A stretch of DNA of 64,000 bases from NCBI GenBank assembly GCA_038748685.1, contig JBCDIS010000002.1, positions 2,226-66,225 on the forward strand, given 5' to 3'. The notes under the pieces were generated by a model. It had not been told where the DNA came from. It saw nothing but the letters and a program-made list of their open reading frames with translations, and ran no database searches. Positions 46,237 through 56,413 of this stretch are shown here, piece after piece; position 1 is the stretch's first letter, and every line of letters begins with the position of its first letter. This DNA comes from Acidobacteriota bacterium (GTDB lineage Bacteria; Acidobacteriota; Thermoanaerobaculia; Multivoradales; J023). Made by a program: the position numbers and the translations under genes.

Positions 46237-48885
46237 TCAGCGGGCTTCGACGATGATCGAGCGGATGGCGTCGTTCCAGCCGAGGTTTTGCAGGTTGCCG
46301 GTCCCCGACCCGTCGAGCACCAGGGGGGTGCCGCGGAACCCGGACTGGCGGTAGGCGCGGACCTTTACCTGGTTGCCGACGTAGATCGACGAGATCCCCC
46401 AGCCGTCGAGCCCCAGGTCCCGGAGGTCCCCCTCGTCGTAGCGGCCGGGCTCCAGCATCAGTAGATCGCCGTGGTAGCCGGCGTTCTGGTACGCGGTGAC
46501 GTAGCGATTCCTGGGGGCGATGATCACCGACTCGATCCGGTTGTCCCAGCCCTTGGGGCCGAGGTTGTTGGTGGAGCTGGTGAGGAACGTCCAGTTGTTC
46601 CACCAACTCTGCCGGTCGAAGGCGACGATGTCGACGCCGAAGAGCTGCATCGAGGAGATGGTGGTCGGCAAGATGCCGAAGGAGTCCCGGAGCTGGGTAT
46701 AGGTATAGAAGCCGGTGGGGACGTGGGCCCGGGTGCCGGTGTAGCCGGTTCCCGAGTAGAAGGTGGCGTAGGTATTCTCCCGGTCCCGCACCTCCACCGA
46801 GTGGATCCAGTTGTCGTAGTAGTACCGATCCACATCCGGCAGGTTGTGGCGCACCGTGGCGTAGGGTCCGACGCCGTTGGGGCTGTGGTACATCCGCAGT
46901 TCCAGGTGATCGTGGATGGCGAAGGAGTCGGTGTTCTTGGCGTAGGTGCCGAGGTCCGCCTCCGTGCTGAGGCCCCGGGGAATGGCCAGGTCCCAGCCCC
47001 GGTACTGGGTGTGGTCGAAGGCGACCACCGCGTCGTCGACAAAGGTGGCGGGCAGGGTCAGGGTCCAGTCGCCGAGGAGGCCCCAGGAGTAGCTGCGCTT
47101 GCGCTGGATATCGATCAAGCCGGCGTCCTGGGAGGAGACGTCGAATTGCCGGAACCAGCCTTCCCCCCAGGGGGCTCCGGGGGACGCCAGGGCGTCGGTG
47201 AAGCCCTCCGGCCGGTCATTGAAGTCCTTGGACCGGGCCAGGACGGCGACCCCCTCCAGATGGAAGAGATAGGACTCCGCCTGCTGCGCCCAGCCGTAGT
47301 CGATATGGTTGAAGGGTAAGGACTCGACGGAGAGCGGAGAGTTCACGTCGCAGCCGTTGTGCAGGTAGAACGCCGGGTCCAGATGGTCCAGGGCGCCGTT
47401 GCGCCAAAGGGAATGGAAGAGACGCCGGTCGGCCTTGTCGTTGATCTTGGCCAGGGTGGGGGCGAAGGTGTCGCCGCCGGGGGAGCGTTCCCAATGCCAG
47501 ATCTGCGGGCCCACTTCTTGATGCAGCTGGTTGCGGTCGTAGTCGCCCCCGACGAAGGTGCCGGTAGAGTCGGCGTGGGTGTGGACCGATTTGAGGGTCC
47601 CGTTCTCCTTCAGCCAGCGCACGTAGTCCACCATCGACGGGTCCTTGGGCGCGGTGAAAGGAGCGGCGAAGTCGTCGGACGCCTGCTCGCCGAAGTTGCG
47701 GGTCGAGGCAATGGGAAAGTCCCCTTCGGGAAAGGTGAGGGCGGTGCTGCGGAACGGCCCGTCGGTGTCCCCCGCCCTTTGGGCATGGTTGCGATCGAGG
47801 TATTCGAAGAGGAGCTTGTACTCGAGGTCGAGGTCATGGACCCACGCGGGGCCCGAGTCCGGCACCACCGCCTGGGGACGGCCCTGGTCGTCGAGCCAGC
47901 CCTTGCCGTTTTCGTCCCGAAAGGCCGGGTCGGGGATCACCGCGAGGCGCTTCGCATCGATCCGGGAGATCTTGAGCTCGGGGCGGGCGATGGGGTTTTG
48001 CAGCAGCCGGTCGGAGGGGCTCAGCTCGGGACCCCGGCGGATCTGATGCATGTAGATCTCGAGCACGGAGCTGTCCTGGCCGGTAAGGGTGTAGAGGTCG
48101 TCCTTCACGTAGAAGACGTCCTCGAAGGCGACGGTGCCCGTCACGAAGTCACGGCTCTCCAGCAGGCAGTCCTCGCAGGGCCACGGGCCCGGGTTGCCCG
48201 GCGACTCCTTGAGATCGACGGCGTTGAAGGACCGTAATTCGGTGGGGTGCTGGAGGTAGGTGTCTTCCCAGCGGCCGTCGAGGTCGCCGAGGACAAGGTC
48301 GGTCCGGCGGGCGAGGGGCTGGGGATGGGAGGTGATGCGGTCGTCGTGCTTTCTCCACAGGAGTGAACGCACCACCGATGCCTCAGGGAAGTTGCCGATC
48401 AGGACAGCGCCGCGGAAGCCGCCGTAGGAGTAGGAGATGGAGCGGAAGAGCTCCCGCATGGCGAGGACGGTCCTGCCGTCTTGGTGGGCGTCCTCACCGC
48501 TGCTATGGCCGTAGACTTGGGTCTCCACCACTTGCATGACGTAGCCCTGGGCGAGGAGGTCCTGCCGCAGCCGCTGCAGGCGGTCCGCCAAGGCGAAGAA
48601 CACGAAGGGGTTGCCGTTGGCGTCGGCGAGGCGCTTTTCCAGCAGTACCACCACCAGGTTGGAGTTGGTGGGGGTGGGCTGGCCGTCGTCGAGGATCGGG
48701 TTCAAGATCTGGAGCTCTGCGTCGCCGTCGCCGTCGTGGTCGAATCCCTCGAAGTCGGCGAGGATGTCGCGAAGGTCCGCCGCCGAAGCGGCAGCCGGCA
48801 GAAGCAGAGCGGCGCAGAGGAGCGCGAAGAGGAAGGGGAGAAGCCTGGAAGGGGCCGTGCCCCGGGTTGTTCGGGAGAAGTTCAA
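46237..48885 (-). CDS. Large secreted hypothetical protein; possible His/Cys (caspase/gingipain-like) core, and C-terminal beta/gamma-crystallin-like Greek-key domains
   Basis: No in-frame ATG precedes the signal peptide. TTG 48885 is preceded by a perfect AGGAGG 6 nt upstream. Yields MNFSRTTRGTAPSRLLPFLFALLCAALLLPAAASA/AD. C-terminal segments (YSGTGYTG...; YQNAGYHGDLLML...SSIYV) resemble beta/gamma-crystallin motifs. Confidence 0.6.
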   Translation of the reverse strand: MNFSRTTRGTAPSRLLPFLFALLCAALLLPAAASAADLRDILADFEGFDHDGDGDAELQILNPILDDGQPTPTNSNLVVVLLEKRLADANGNPFVFFALADRLQRLRQDLLAQGYVMQVVETQVYGHSSGEDAHQDGRTVLAMRELFRSISYSYGGFRGAVLIGNFPEASVVRSLLWRKHDDRITSHPQPLARRTDLVLGDLDGRWEDTYLQHPTELRSFNAVDLKESPGNPGPWPCEDCLLESRDFVTGTVAFEDVFYVKDDLYTLTGQDSSVLEIYMHQIRRGPELSPSDRLLQNPIARPELKISRIDAKRLAVIPDPAFRDENGKGWLDDQGRPQAVVPDSGPAWVHDLDLEYKLLFEYLDRNHAQRAGDTDGPFRSTALTFPEGDFPIASTRNFGEQASDDFAAPFTAPKDPSMVDYVRWLKENGTLKSVHTHADSTGTFVGGDYDRNQLHQEVGPQIWHWERSPGGDTFAPTLAKINDKADRRLFHSLWRNGALDHLDPAFYLHNGCDVNSPLSVESLPFNHIDYGWAQQAESYLFHLEGVAVLARSKDFNDRPEGFTDALASPGAPWGEGWFRQFDVSSQDAGLIDIQRKRSYSWGLLGDWTLTLPATFVDDAVVAFDHTQYRGWDLAIPRGLSTEADLGTYAKNTDSFAIHDHLELRMYHSPNGVGPYATVRHNLPDVDRYYYDNWIHSVEVRDRENTYATFYSGTGYTGTRAHVPTGFYTYTQLRDSFGILPTTISSMQLFGVDIVAFDRQSWWNNWTFLTSSTNNLGPKGWDNRIESVIIAPRNRYVTAYQNAGYHGDLLMLEPGRYDEGDLRDLGLDGWGISSIYVGNQVKVRAYRQSGFRGTPLVLDGSGTGNLQNLGWNDAIRSIIVEAR

Positions 48886-49132
48886 AGCAATACCTCCTGG
48901 ATGGAGTGGATGTTCGATGGTGTGGCCCCGCGGCTGTGTCCGGGGCCGTTCTCCATGGGCTATGCCGCCGCGGCGATAAACCCGCCACCCCGATCGAAAA
49001 ACCTTGGTCCCGGACTCCGCATCGCGGCTTGACACCCCCGCGGTATCTCCCTAGGGTCTGTGGCATCACAGATGAAATAGCCGGCGCAGGCTCGAGCTCG
49101 AGGGCCAAGGCGGCGGAGCCACGGAGGTAGAC

Positions 49133-50851
<1,719 letters not shown>

Positions 50852-50863
50852 AAGGGGACGACG

Positions 50864-51397
50864 ATGAAGACTTTCGGCTACCTCTTGATCATCGGCGGGT
50901 TCATCGGCGCGGCGTACTTCACCGTTCTCGATCCGGTGGACGTGCCCCCCGTCCCCTTCCTCGCCTTCCTCGTGGCCAGCGCGGCGGGGGTCGCCCTGGT
51001 GCGGGTCGAGGCGCATCGCTCGGCCAACCGGGGTGAGCACCTGGCGGCCAGCATCGAGGCCCTGGGCCAGAGCCTGGAGCGGCTGGCGGAGGAGTCCAGC
51101 CGCTTCGACGCCGAGAAGGACTCGATCGACGTCTACGATCTGCGGCTCGAAGTGGAGCGCCGGTTCCCCGAGCACCTCGACGCCTTCGTGGAGGCGCGGG
51201 AGAGCCTCGCCCGCAGGTTCGGGCTCCAGGCGTACGCCGAGGTGATGAACGCCTTTGCGGCGGGGGAGCGCTACCTCAATCGGGTATGGTCGGCGTCCAC
51301 CGACGGCTGGATCGACGAGGCCCACACCTACGCGGAGAAGGCGAAGCGCCAGTTCCAGGACGCCCTGGAGACTTTCCGGGCGCTGCCGTCGGGCTGA
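50864..51397 (+). CDS. Hypothetical membrane-anchored protein (single N-terminal TM helix plus alpha-helical domain)
   Basis: Lies 13 bp downstream of the OPT transporter. MKTFGYLLIIGGFIGAAYFTVL forms a TM helix. The rest is acidic and helical. No recognisable motif. Confidence 0.5.
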   Translation: MKTFGYLLIIGGFIGAAYFTVLDPVDVPPVPFLAFLVASAAGVALVRVEAHRSANRGEHLAASIEALGQSLERLAEESSRFDAEKDSIDVYDLRLEVERRFPEHLDAFVEARESLARRFGLQAYAEVMNAFAAGERYLNRVWSASTDGWIDEAHTYAEKAKRQFQDALETFRALPSG

Positions 51398-51596
51398 ACC
51401 GTCGGCGGGGGAGACCGGCCCCTCGAAGGGGTCGGATCCGTCGCGGATTCGGCCCCCGTATGTCGCGTTCCCTTGTGTCAAGATATCGACCGATCCGAAT
51501 ATGCGACCCCTGCCCGTCGGGCGCGGGGCGGCATCGCCCCCCACCTCGGCGGTCGTGTCTATTTCTTCCAACCTGAACCCGTCCTCAGGAGGCTAC

Positions 51597-52886
51597 ATGT
51601 CTTACCTCACCCTCACGCGCCGCGCCGCCGGCGGCGCCTGCTCCGCGCTGCTGCTCACCGCCGCCCTGGCGGCGACCACGCCGGCTCCGTCGTCGGCCCA
51701 GCTGCCGCCGGACCTGGACATCGAAGAGGTCACCAACCTCCCCGACACCGTCGCCATCCGCAACGCCGGTGACGGCAGCAACCGCCTGTTCCTCGTCCAG
51801 CAGCAGGGCATCATTCGCATTTACGACGTCGACACCGACACGCTCCTGACCACGCCGTTCCTCGACATCCAGTCCCTGGTGGACGACGGCGGCAACGAGC
51901 AGGGGCTCCTGGGTCTCGCCTTCCACCCCAACTACGAGATCAACGGCCTCTTCTTCGTCAACTACACCTACGACCCGGGTCCGGGCCTCGACCGCACCCG
52001 CATCGCCCAATACGAAGTCTCCGCTGGCAACGCCAACGTCGCCGACGCGTCGTCCGCCGGCACCATCCTCGAGATCGAGCAGGACTTCGGCAACCACAAC
52101 GGCGGCGACATCCATTTCGGCCCCGACGGCTTCCTCTACATCGGTATGGGGGACGGCGGCAGTGGTGGCGACCCCAACAACCGAAGCCAGGATCCGAACG
52201 AGCTGCTCGGAAAGATGCTGCGGATCGACGTCGATCCCTTGCCCAGGGGTGGGGCTTCGGACTGCGGCCTGGTGGGTAACTATCAAGTTCCTGCGAGCAA
52301 TCCCTTCGTCGGCGACGCCTCCACCTGAGACGAGATCTGGGCCCTCGGGGTGCGCAACCCCTGGCGCTTCAGCTTCGATCGGGCCACCGGCGACATGTTC
52401 ATCGGTGACGTCGGCCAGTCGGCGCGGGAGGAGATCTCCTACCAGCCCGCCGCCTCCACCGGCGGTGAGAACTACGGCTGGCGCTGCTACGAGGGCAACG
52501 AGCCCTTCAACACCAGCGGCTGCGGGTCCATCGGCGATTACACTTTCCCGATCCTTGACTACAACCGCACCGGCGGCGCCTGCTCGGTGACCGGCGGCTT
52601 CCGCTACCGCGGCGCCATCGACGGCTTCGGCGGCTACTACGTCTACGCCGACTACTGCAATGGTCGCATTTACGCCGCCAACAACCCCGGCGGCGTGTGG
52701 TCGACCCAGATCTGGCGGGACACCAGCCTGTTCATCACCACTTTCGGCGAGGACGAGAGCGGGGAGCTCTACCTCTCCAACCAGAGCGGCAACATCTACC
52801 GCTTCACCGGTCCCTCGGGGTCGATCTTCGAAGACGGCTTCGAGTCCGCCGACCTCCTAGCCTGGTCCAGCTCCACCGTCGACTGA
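51597..52886 (+). pseudogene. PQQ-dependent sugar (glucose/sorbosone) dehydrogenase, beta-propeller, interrupted by an in-frame TGA at 52326-52328
   Basis: AGGAGG RBS, ATG 51597, signal peptide. Both halves are in the same frame and read straight through family-conserved sequence ...NPFVGDAST[TGA]DEIWALGVRNPWRFSFD.... The downstream half contains GENYGW and the C-terminal propeller blades. Confidence 0.7.
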
Positions 52887-52892
52887 CGGAGA

Positions 52893-52924
52893 CCGGACCC
52901 CTCCGCCTCGGCCGAGGGGTCCGG
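52893..52924. terminator. Putative bidirectional terminator hairpin between convergent sugar dehydrogenase and NUDIX genes
   Basis: 11-bp perfect stem CCGGACCCCTC / GAGGGGTCCGG with a 10-nt loop. Confidence 0.45.
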
Positions 52925-52926
52925 CG

Positions 52927-53439
52927 TCAGACGCCGAAGTCGAGGGCGTGGTCCAGCATGGCGTCCCCCTCGAAAATGAATCGGCCGTAGAAGGTGTCCC
53001 CCGCCAGCAGGCGGGGGAGCCACAGCCGGTCGTCGGCCCACATCTCGTCGTAGGGGATCTCCCCCCGGCGGGTCCACAGGGGGATCGCCTCGTCGGTCTC
53101 CCGGGCTTCCCCTTCGTGGCGTTCCGCCAGGAAGGCGTGGACGTGGAGGCTGTAACCGTCGACGAATTGGAAGAGCAGCTCCCCCCGCTTTCGGCAGCCC
53201 AAGGGGGTCACGTGGAGCTCTTCTTGGACCTCCCGCACGGCGCACGCTTCGTAGGTCTCGTCCCCCTCCAGCCGTCCGCCGGGGGCATTGACCTTGCCGG
53301 CGCCGAGGCCGCGCTTCTTGCGGATCAGCAGGACCTCGTCACCGCGGGTCACAAAGGTCAAGGTGGCGCGGTCCACCGGCCGCCAGGTGGCCCAGTCGAT
53401 GGCGTCGACCCGCCTCGGGACCTCGGATGTTGTCGTCAT
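52927..53439 (-). CDS. NUDIX hydrolase (MutT-like)
   Basis: Nudix box GGRLEGDETYEACAVREVQEELHV. Confidence 0.8.
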   Translation of the reverse strand: MTTTSEVPRRVDAIDWATWRPVDRATLTFVTRGDEVLLIRKKRGLGAGKVNAPGGRLEGDETYEACAVREVQEELHVTPLGCRKRGELLFQFVDGYSLHVHAFLAERHEGEARETDEAIPLWTRRGEIPYDEMWADDRLWLPRLLAGDTFYGRFIFEGDAMLDHALDFGV

Positions 53440-53595
53440 CCAGCGAGCCTACCGCCGGCCCCGGTGGGCGGTCAAAACCCACTTCGCCGAGATTCCATGT
53501 AACCCCGGCGGCGGTAGCGCATCTTAGGTGGCGTAGATGACAAACAACCCGGCCCGCCGAGCGCGGCCGTTGATATCGAGCCAAGGAGATACGCC

Positions 53596-54156
53596 ATGAG
53601 CCAGTTCCAAGTCCACACCCAGGAGACCGCCCCCGCCGCCGCCGACACCCTCGCCCAGGTCGAGAAGGGCTACGGATTCCTGCCGAACCTGATCGGCGTG
53701 ATGGCGGAGGCCCCCGCCCTGGCCGAGGCGTACGTGGCCGTCGCCGGGGCGTTTGGCAAGAGCTCCCTCTCCGCCACCGAGCAGCAGACCGTGCTGCTGG
53801 CCGCCAGCACCGTCAACGGCTGCACCTACTGCGTCGCCGCCCACACCACCGTCGGTCAGATGACCAAGGTGCCGGCGGATGTCCTCGAATCCCTGCGGGC
53901 CGGTGAGGCCCTCGCCGATCCCAAGCTCGAAGCCCTTCGCCGGCTGACGGTGGCGGTGGTGGAGAGCCGCGGCTGGCCCTCCCAGGAGTTGGTCCAGGGC
54001 TTCTTCGATGCCGGCTACGGCAGGCAGCAGCTCCTGGAGGTGGTCCTCGGCGTCGGCCTCAAGACCCTCTCGAACTACACCAACCACCTCGCTGACACGC
54101 CCCTCGACGCCGCCTTCGCCGCCAACGCCTGGCAGCGCAGCGAGGCGGCCGCCTGA
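53596..54156 (+). CDS. Carboxymuconolactone decarboxylase family protein (AhpD-like)
   Basis: CxxC..H motif (VNGCTYCVAAH) in an alpha-helical CMD fold. Confidence 0.8.
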   Translation: MSQFQVHTQETAPAAADTLAQVEKGYGFLPNLIGVMAEAPALAEAYVAVAGAFGKSSLSATEQQTVLLAASTVNGCTYCVAAHTTVGQMTKVPADVLESLRAGEALADPKLEALRRLTVAVVESRGWPSQELVQGFFDAGYGRQQLLEVVLGVGLKTLSNYTNHLADTPLDAAFAANAWQRSEAAA

Positions 54157-54244
54157 CGGGTCATCGATCCCAGGAATGCTTGAAGCGCCCTCCGGGAGGG
54201 GGGCGCTTCCCGCGTCTAGGCCTTCCGACCCACGTGACCTGAGG

Positions 54245-55240
54245 TCATTGGGACTCGCAGCGAAGGCTCGATCCGACCGTCCGGCAGTGGACGCCGAGAT
54301 GCTTCACGGTCGGGGCGCCCCACTCCGCCCGGACCGTCACGAACATATGGGAGGCGACCGATCGATCGCCTATGGCCGACGGCCGATAAACCCAGGTTCG
54401 AAGCGCCGCGCTGGAAATGTCCGCCATCTCTGAATCGTCCACCTTCATCGGCTCCACCGTCCGGACGCAGCCGTAGCGATCCATCAAAAGCTTGAAAATC
54501 ATCACGTGACGGGAACCCGGCGCCAACTTGGAACCGAAATACGGCTGCGGGGTGTGGAGTCTCTCGGGGCGCTGAACCCATGGCATCGCCGCCGAGAGCT
54601 TCCGAGCTTCTTTTTCAGATACGGCGTCCATGGCAACCGGTCCGCCGCCCGGCGATGTTTCCCTTTGCAGGAGGCCCTCGCAGAGCTTGATTCGGACCGA
54701 GCGATCGAGGTCCGGGTCCAGGTCGCCATCGAGGAGATCGCGGTAGGTGCCGAAGGCCTCCTCCCAACGTTCGAGATGGGTGAGGACCAGGGCGTGGCTG
54801 AACCGCGTCGCGTCGGTCGGCGTTCCGTTCGCGGCGACGGCTTCGAAGGCCCGGGCCGCCGACTCCAGCTCGGCCACTTCGGCGTCGCCGTCGGAGAAGA
54901 GAGCGAGGCCGAGCAGGTGGTAGGCCGCCGCCCGGCTCTCGGGATCCTCGGCGGCGTCCACGGCCCGCCGCGCCGCCGCCCCGGCGTCGTCGAACTTCTG
55001 GCGGTGTAGGTAGGCCGTCGCCAAACCGATCAGCGCCTCGACGGATCGGCCTGATGCGTCCCGGTCCGCCCTTCGAAACGCTCGCACCGCCTTGCGGTTG
55101 TCCCCTTGGTCCAGGTACCCGTAGCCCTGCTCGACGGGATTGTTCTCCTGGGACGCCGCCGCACAGAATGCTGGACACGCCAGCGCGTAGACGAGGGCGG
55201 CGGCCAAGAGTCGGTGAACGGTCCGTTGTGCTCGCTTCAT
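54245..55240 (-). CDS. TPR-repeat protein with C-terminal TonB-C-like domain (energy transducer TonB family, putative)
   Basis: Signal peptide, TPR-like helical repeats, and C-terminal 90 aa with a TonB-C-like pattern. Paralogous to 55327-56286. Confidence 0.6.
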   Translation of the reverse strand: MKRAQRTVHRLLAAALVYALACPAFCAAASQENNPVEQGYGYLDQGDNRKAVRAFRRADRDASGRSVEALIGLATAYLHRQKFDDAGAAARRAVDAAEDPESRAAAYHLLGLALFSDGDAEVAELESAARAFEAVAANGTPTDATRFSHALVLTHLERWEEAFGTYRDLLDGDLDPDLDRSVRIKLCEGLLQRETSPGGGPVAMDAVSEKEARKLSAAMPWVQRPERLHTPQPYFGSKLAPGSRHVMIFKLLMDRYGCVRTVEPMKVDDSEMADISSAALRTWVYRPSAIGDRSVASHMFVTVRAEWGAPTVKHLGVHCRTVGSSLRCESQ

Positions 55241-55326
55241 CCCTCGATCCCCCGTTGCGTGTCGTTGCGGAGTGGCTCTTTCCCCCTACTAGACAAAGCG
55301 AAGAACAGAGGATCTTTTGGGCGGCG

Positions 55327-56286
55327 CTACTTCTTCTCGGGTCGACGAAAGTTGACCGTGGTGTTGTAGACGACCGCAACGGGCTTTCCATCCAAAGTCC
55401 CGGGCTCATAAACCCTCCGGGCCACCCCTTCGAGGGCCGCCGCGTCCAGCTCGGGGTCGATGCCCCATAGGAGGGAGACGTTCCTAGAGCAGCCATCGGT
55501 GTCGACGACCGTGCCGATGAACACGGTGCCCTCACCGCTTGCCGAGGGATAGCGAATCCTGGGAGCGGCGAGGACGATCGGCTTCAGGACTTCCTTCGGG
55601 GCTACGTGCTCAGCACCCTTGCCCGAGACTTCGACCGGCCCGATCTGCATGGGGGCTCGGCCCACGTCCTCTCCGTTCCAGAGGGGCAGCTCGAGGTCAG
55701 GCAGCCGTCGGAGAGCTTGGCGTTTCGCATCGCAAAGCTCGAGCCTAACCACCTCGGCGCGCATCTTTGGTAGATCGCGGGTCGAGAGTTCTCGGTAGGA
55801 CTCGATCGCTTCCAGCTCCCGCTCCAGGAGTACGAGGATCCGGGCCCGAGCGAAGCGGGGCTGGAAGGCCTCGGGATCCGCGGCGGCCGAGTGGCGGAAG
55901 GCCTCCTCCGCCGCGGCGAGATCCTGTTCGGGTGGGCTTCCCTCAGCTCGGAGGGCAAGACCCCGGAGGAAGTGGGCCGCCGCAACGGACGTGGGGTCGC
56001 CGCCGAGCTCGACGGCCTTCCGTGCGACGTCTTCAGCCTCGGCGTATTGGGAGCCTCCGAGGTGGATCGAAGCGAGGGCGAGGAGGGCTTCCGAGGACTG
56101 TCCCCTGGCCAGTTGGTCGGCGGAGCGGAACGCTCGGGCCGCTTCTTCGTGCTTGGACGCTTGCAGGAGAGCGTGGCCCCGTTCCAACTCCTCTGAGATC
56201 TTCACCGCCAGCTCGGCGCTGGCGGGGGACGCCCCGAGGCCGAAGGCGAGCAGGAACACGGCGACGAACATCGGGTTTGACGGCAT
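55327..56286 (-). CDS. TPR-repeat protein with C-terminal TonB-C-like domain (paralogue)
   Basis: AGGAGG RBS. Signal peptide MPSNPMFVAVFLLAFGLGASPASA. C-terminal EVLKPIVLAAPRIRYPSASGEGTVFIGTVVDTDGCSRNVSLLWGIDPELDAAALEGVARRVYEPGTLDGKPVAVVYNTTVNF matches the TonB C-terminal domain pattern. Confidence 0.6.
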   Translation of the reverse strand: MPSNPMFVAVFLLAFGLGASPASAELAVKISEELERGHALLQASKHEEAARAFRSADQLARGQSSEALLALASIHLGGSQYAEAEDVARKAVELGGDPTSVAAAHFLRGLALRAEGSPPEQDLAAAEEAFRHSAAADPEAFQPRFARARILVLLERELEAIESYRELSTRDLPKMRAEVVRLELCDAKRQALRRLPDLELPLWNGEDVGRAPMQIGPVEVSGKGAEHVAPKEVLKPIVLAAPRIRYPSASGEGTVFIGTVVDTDGCSRNVSLLWGIDPELDAAALEGVARRVYEPGTLDGKPVAVVYNTTVNFRRPEKK

Positions 56287-56413
56287 TGCAGAACCTCCTG
56301 TCTACAACACGCGCGAAACCCGCGAAGACTCTCGAATCGGAAACCGTCGCCGGGGCGTCGCCCTTCGGATCAGGCCTAGGCCTGATCCGAAGAACTTGGG
56401 GGAAGGACCGACG

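Noticed and set aside
52326-52328. In-frame TGA as a selenocysteine codon
   Set aside because: No SECIS-like stem-loop is apparent in the 60 nt downstream. PQQ sugar dehydrogenases are not known selenoproteins. It is reported as a pseudogene or possible sequencing error instead.
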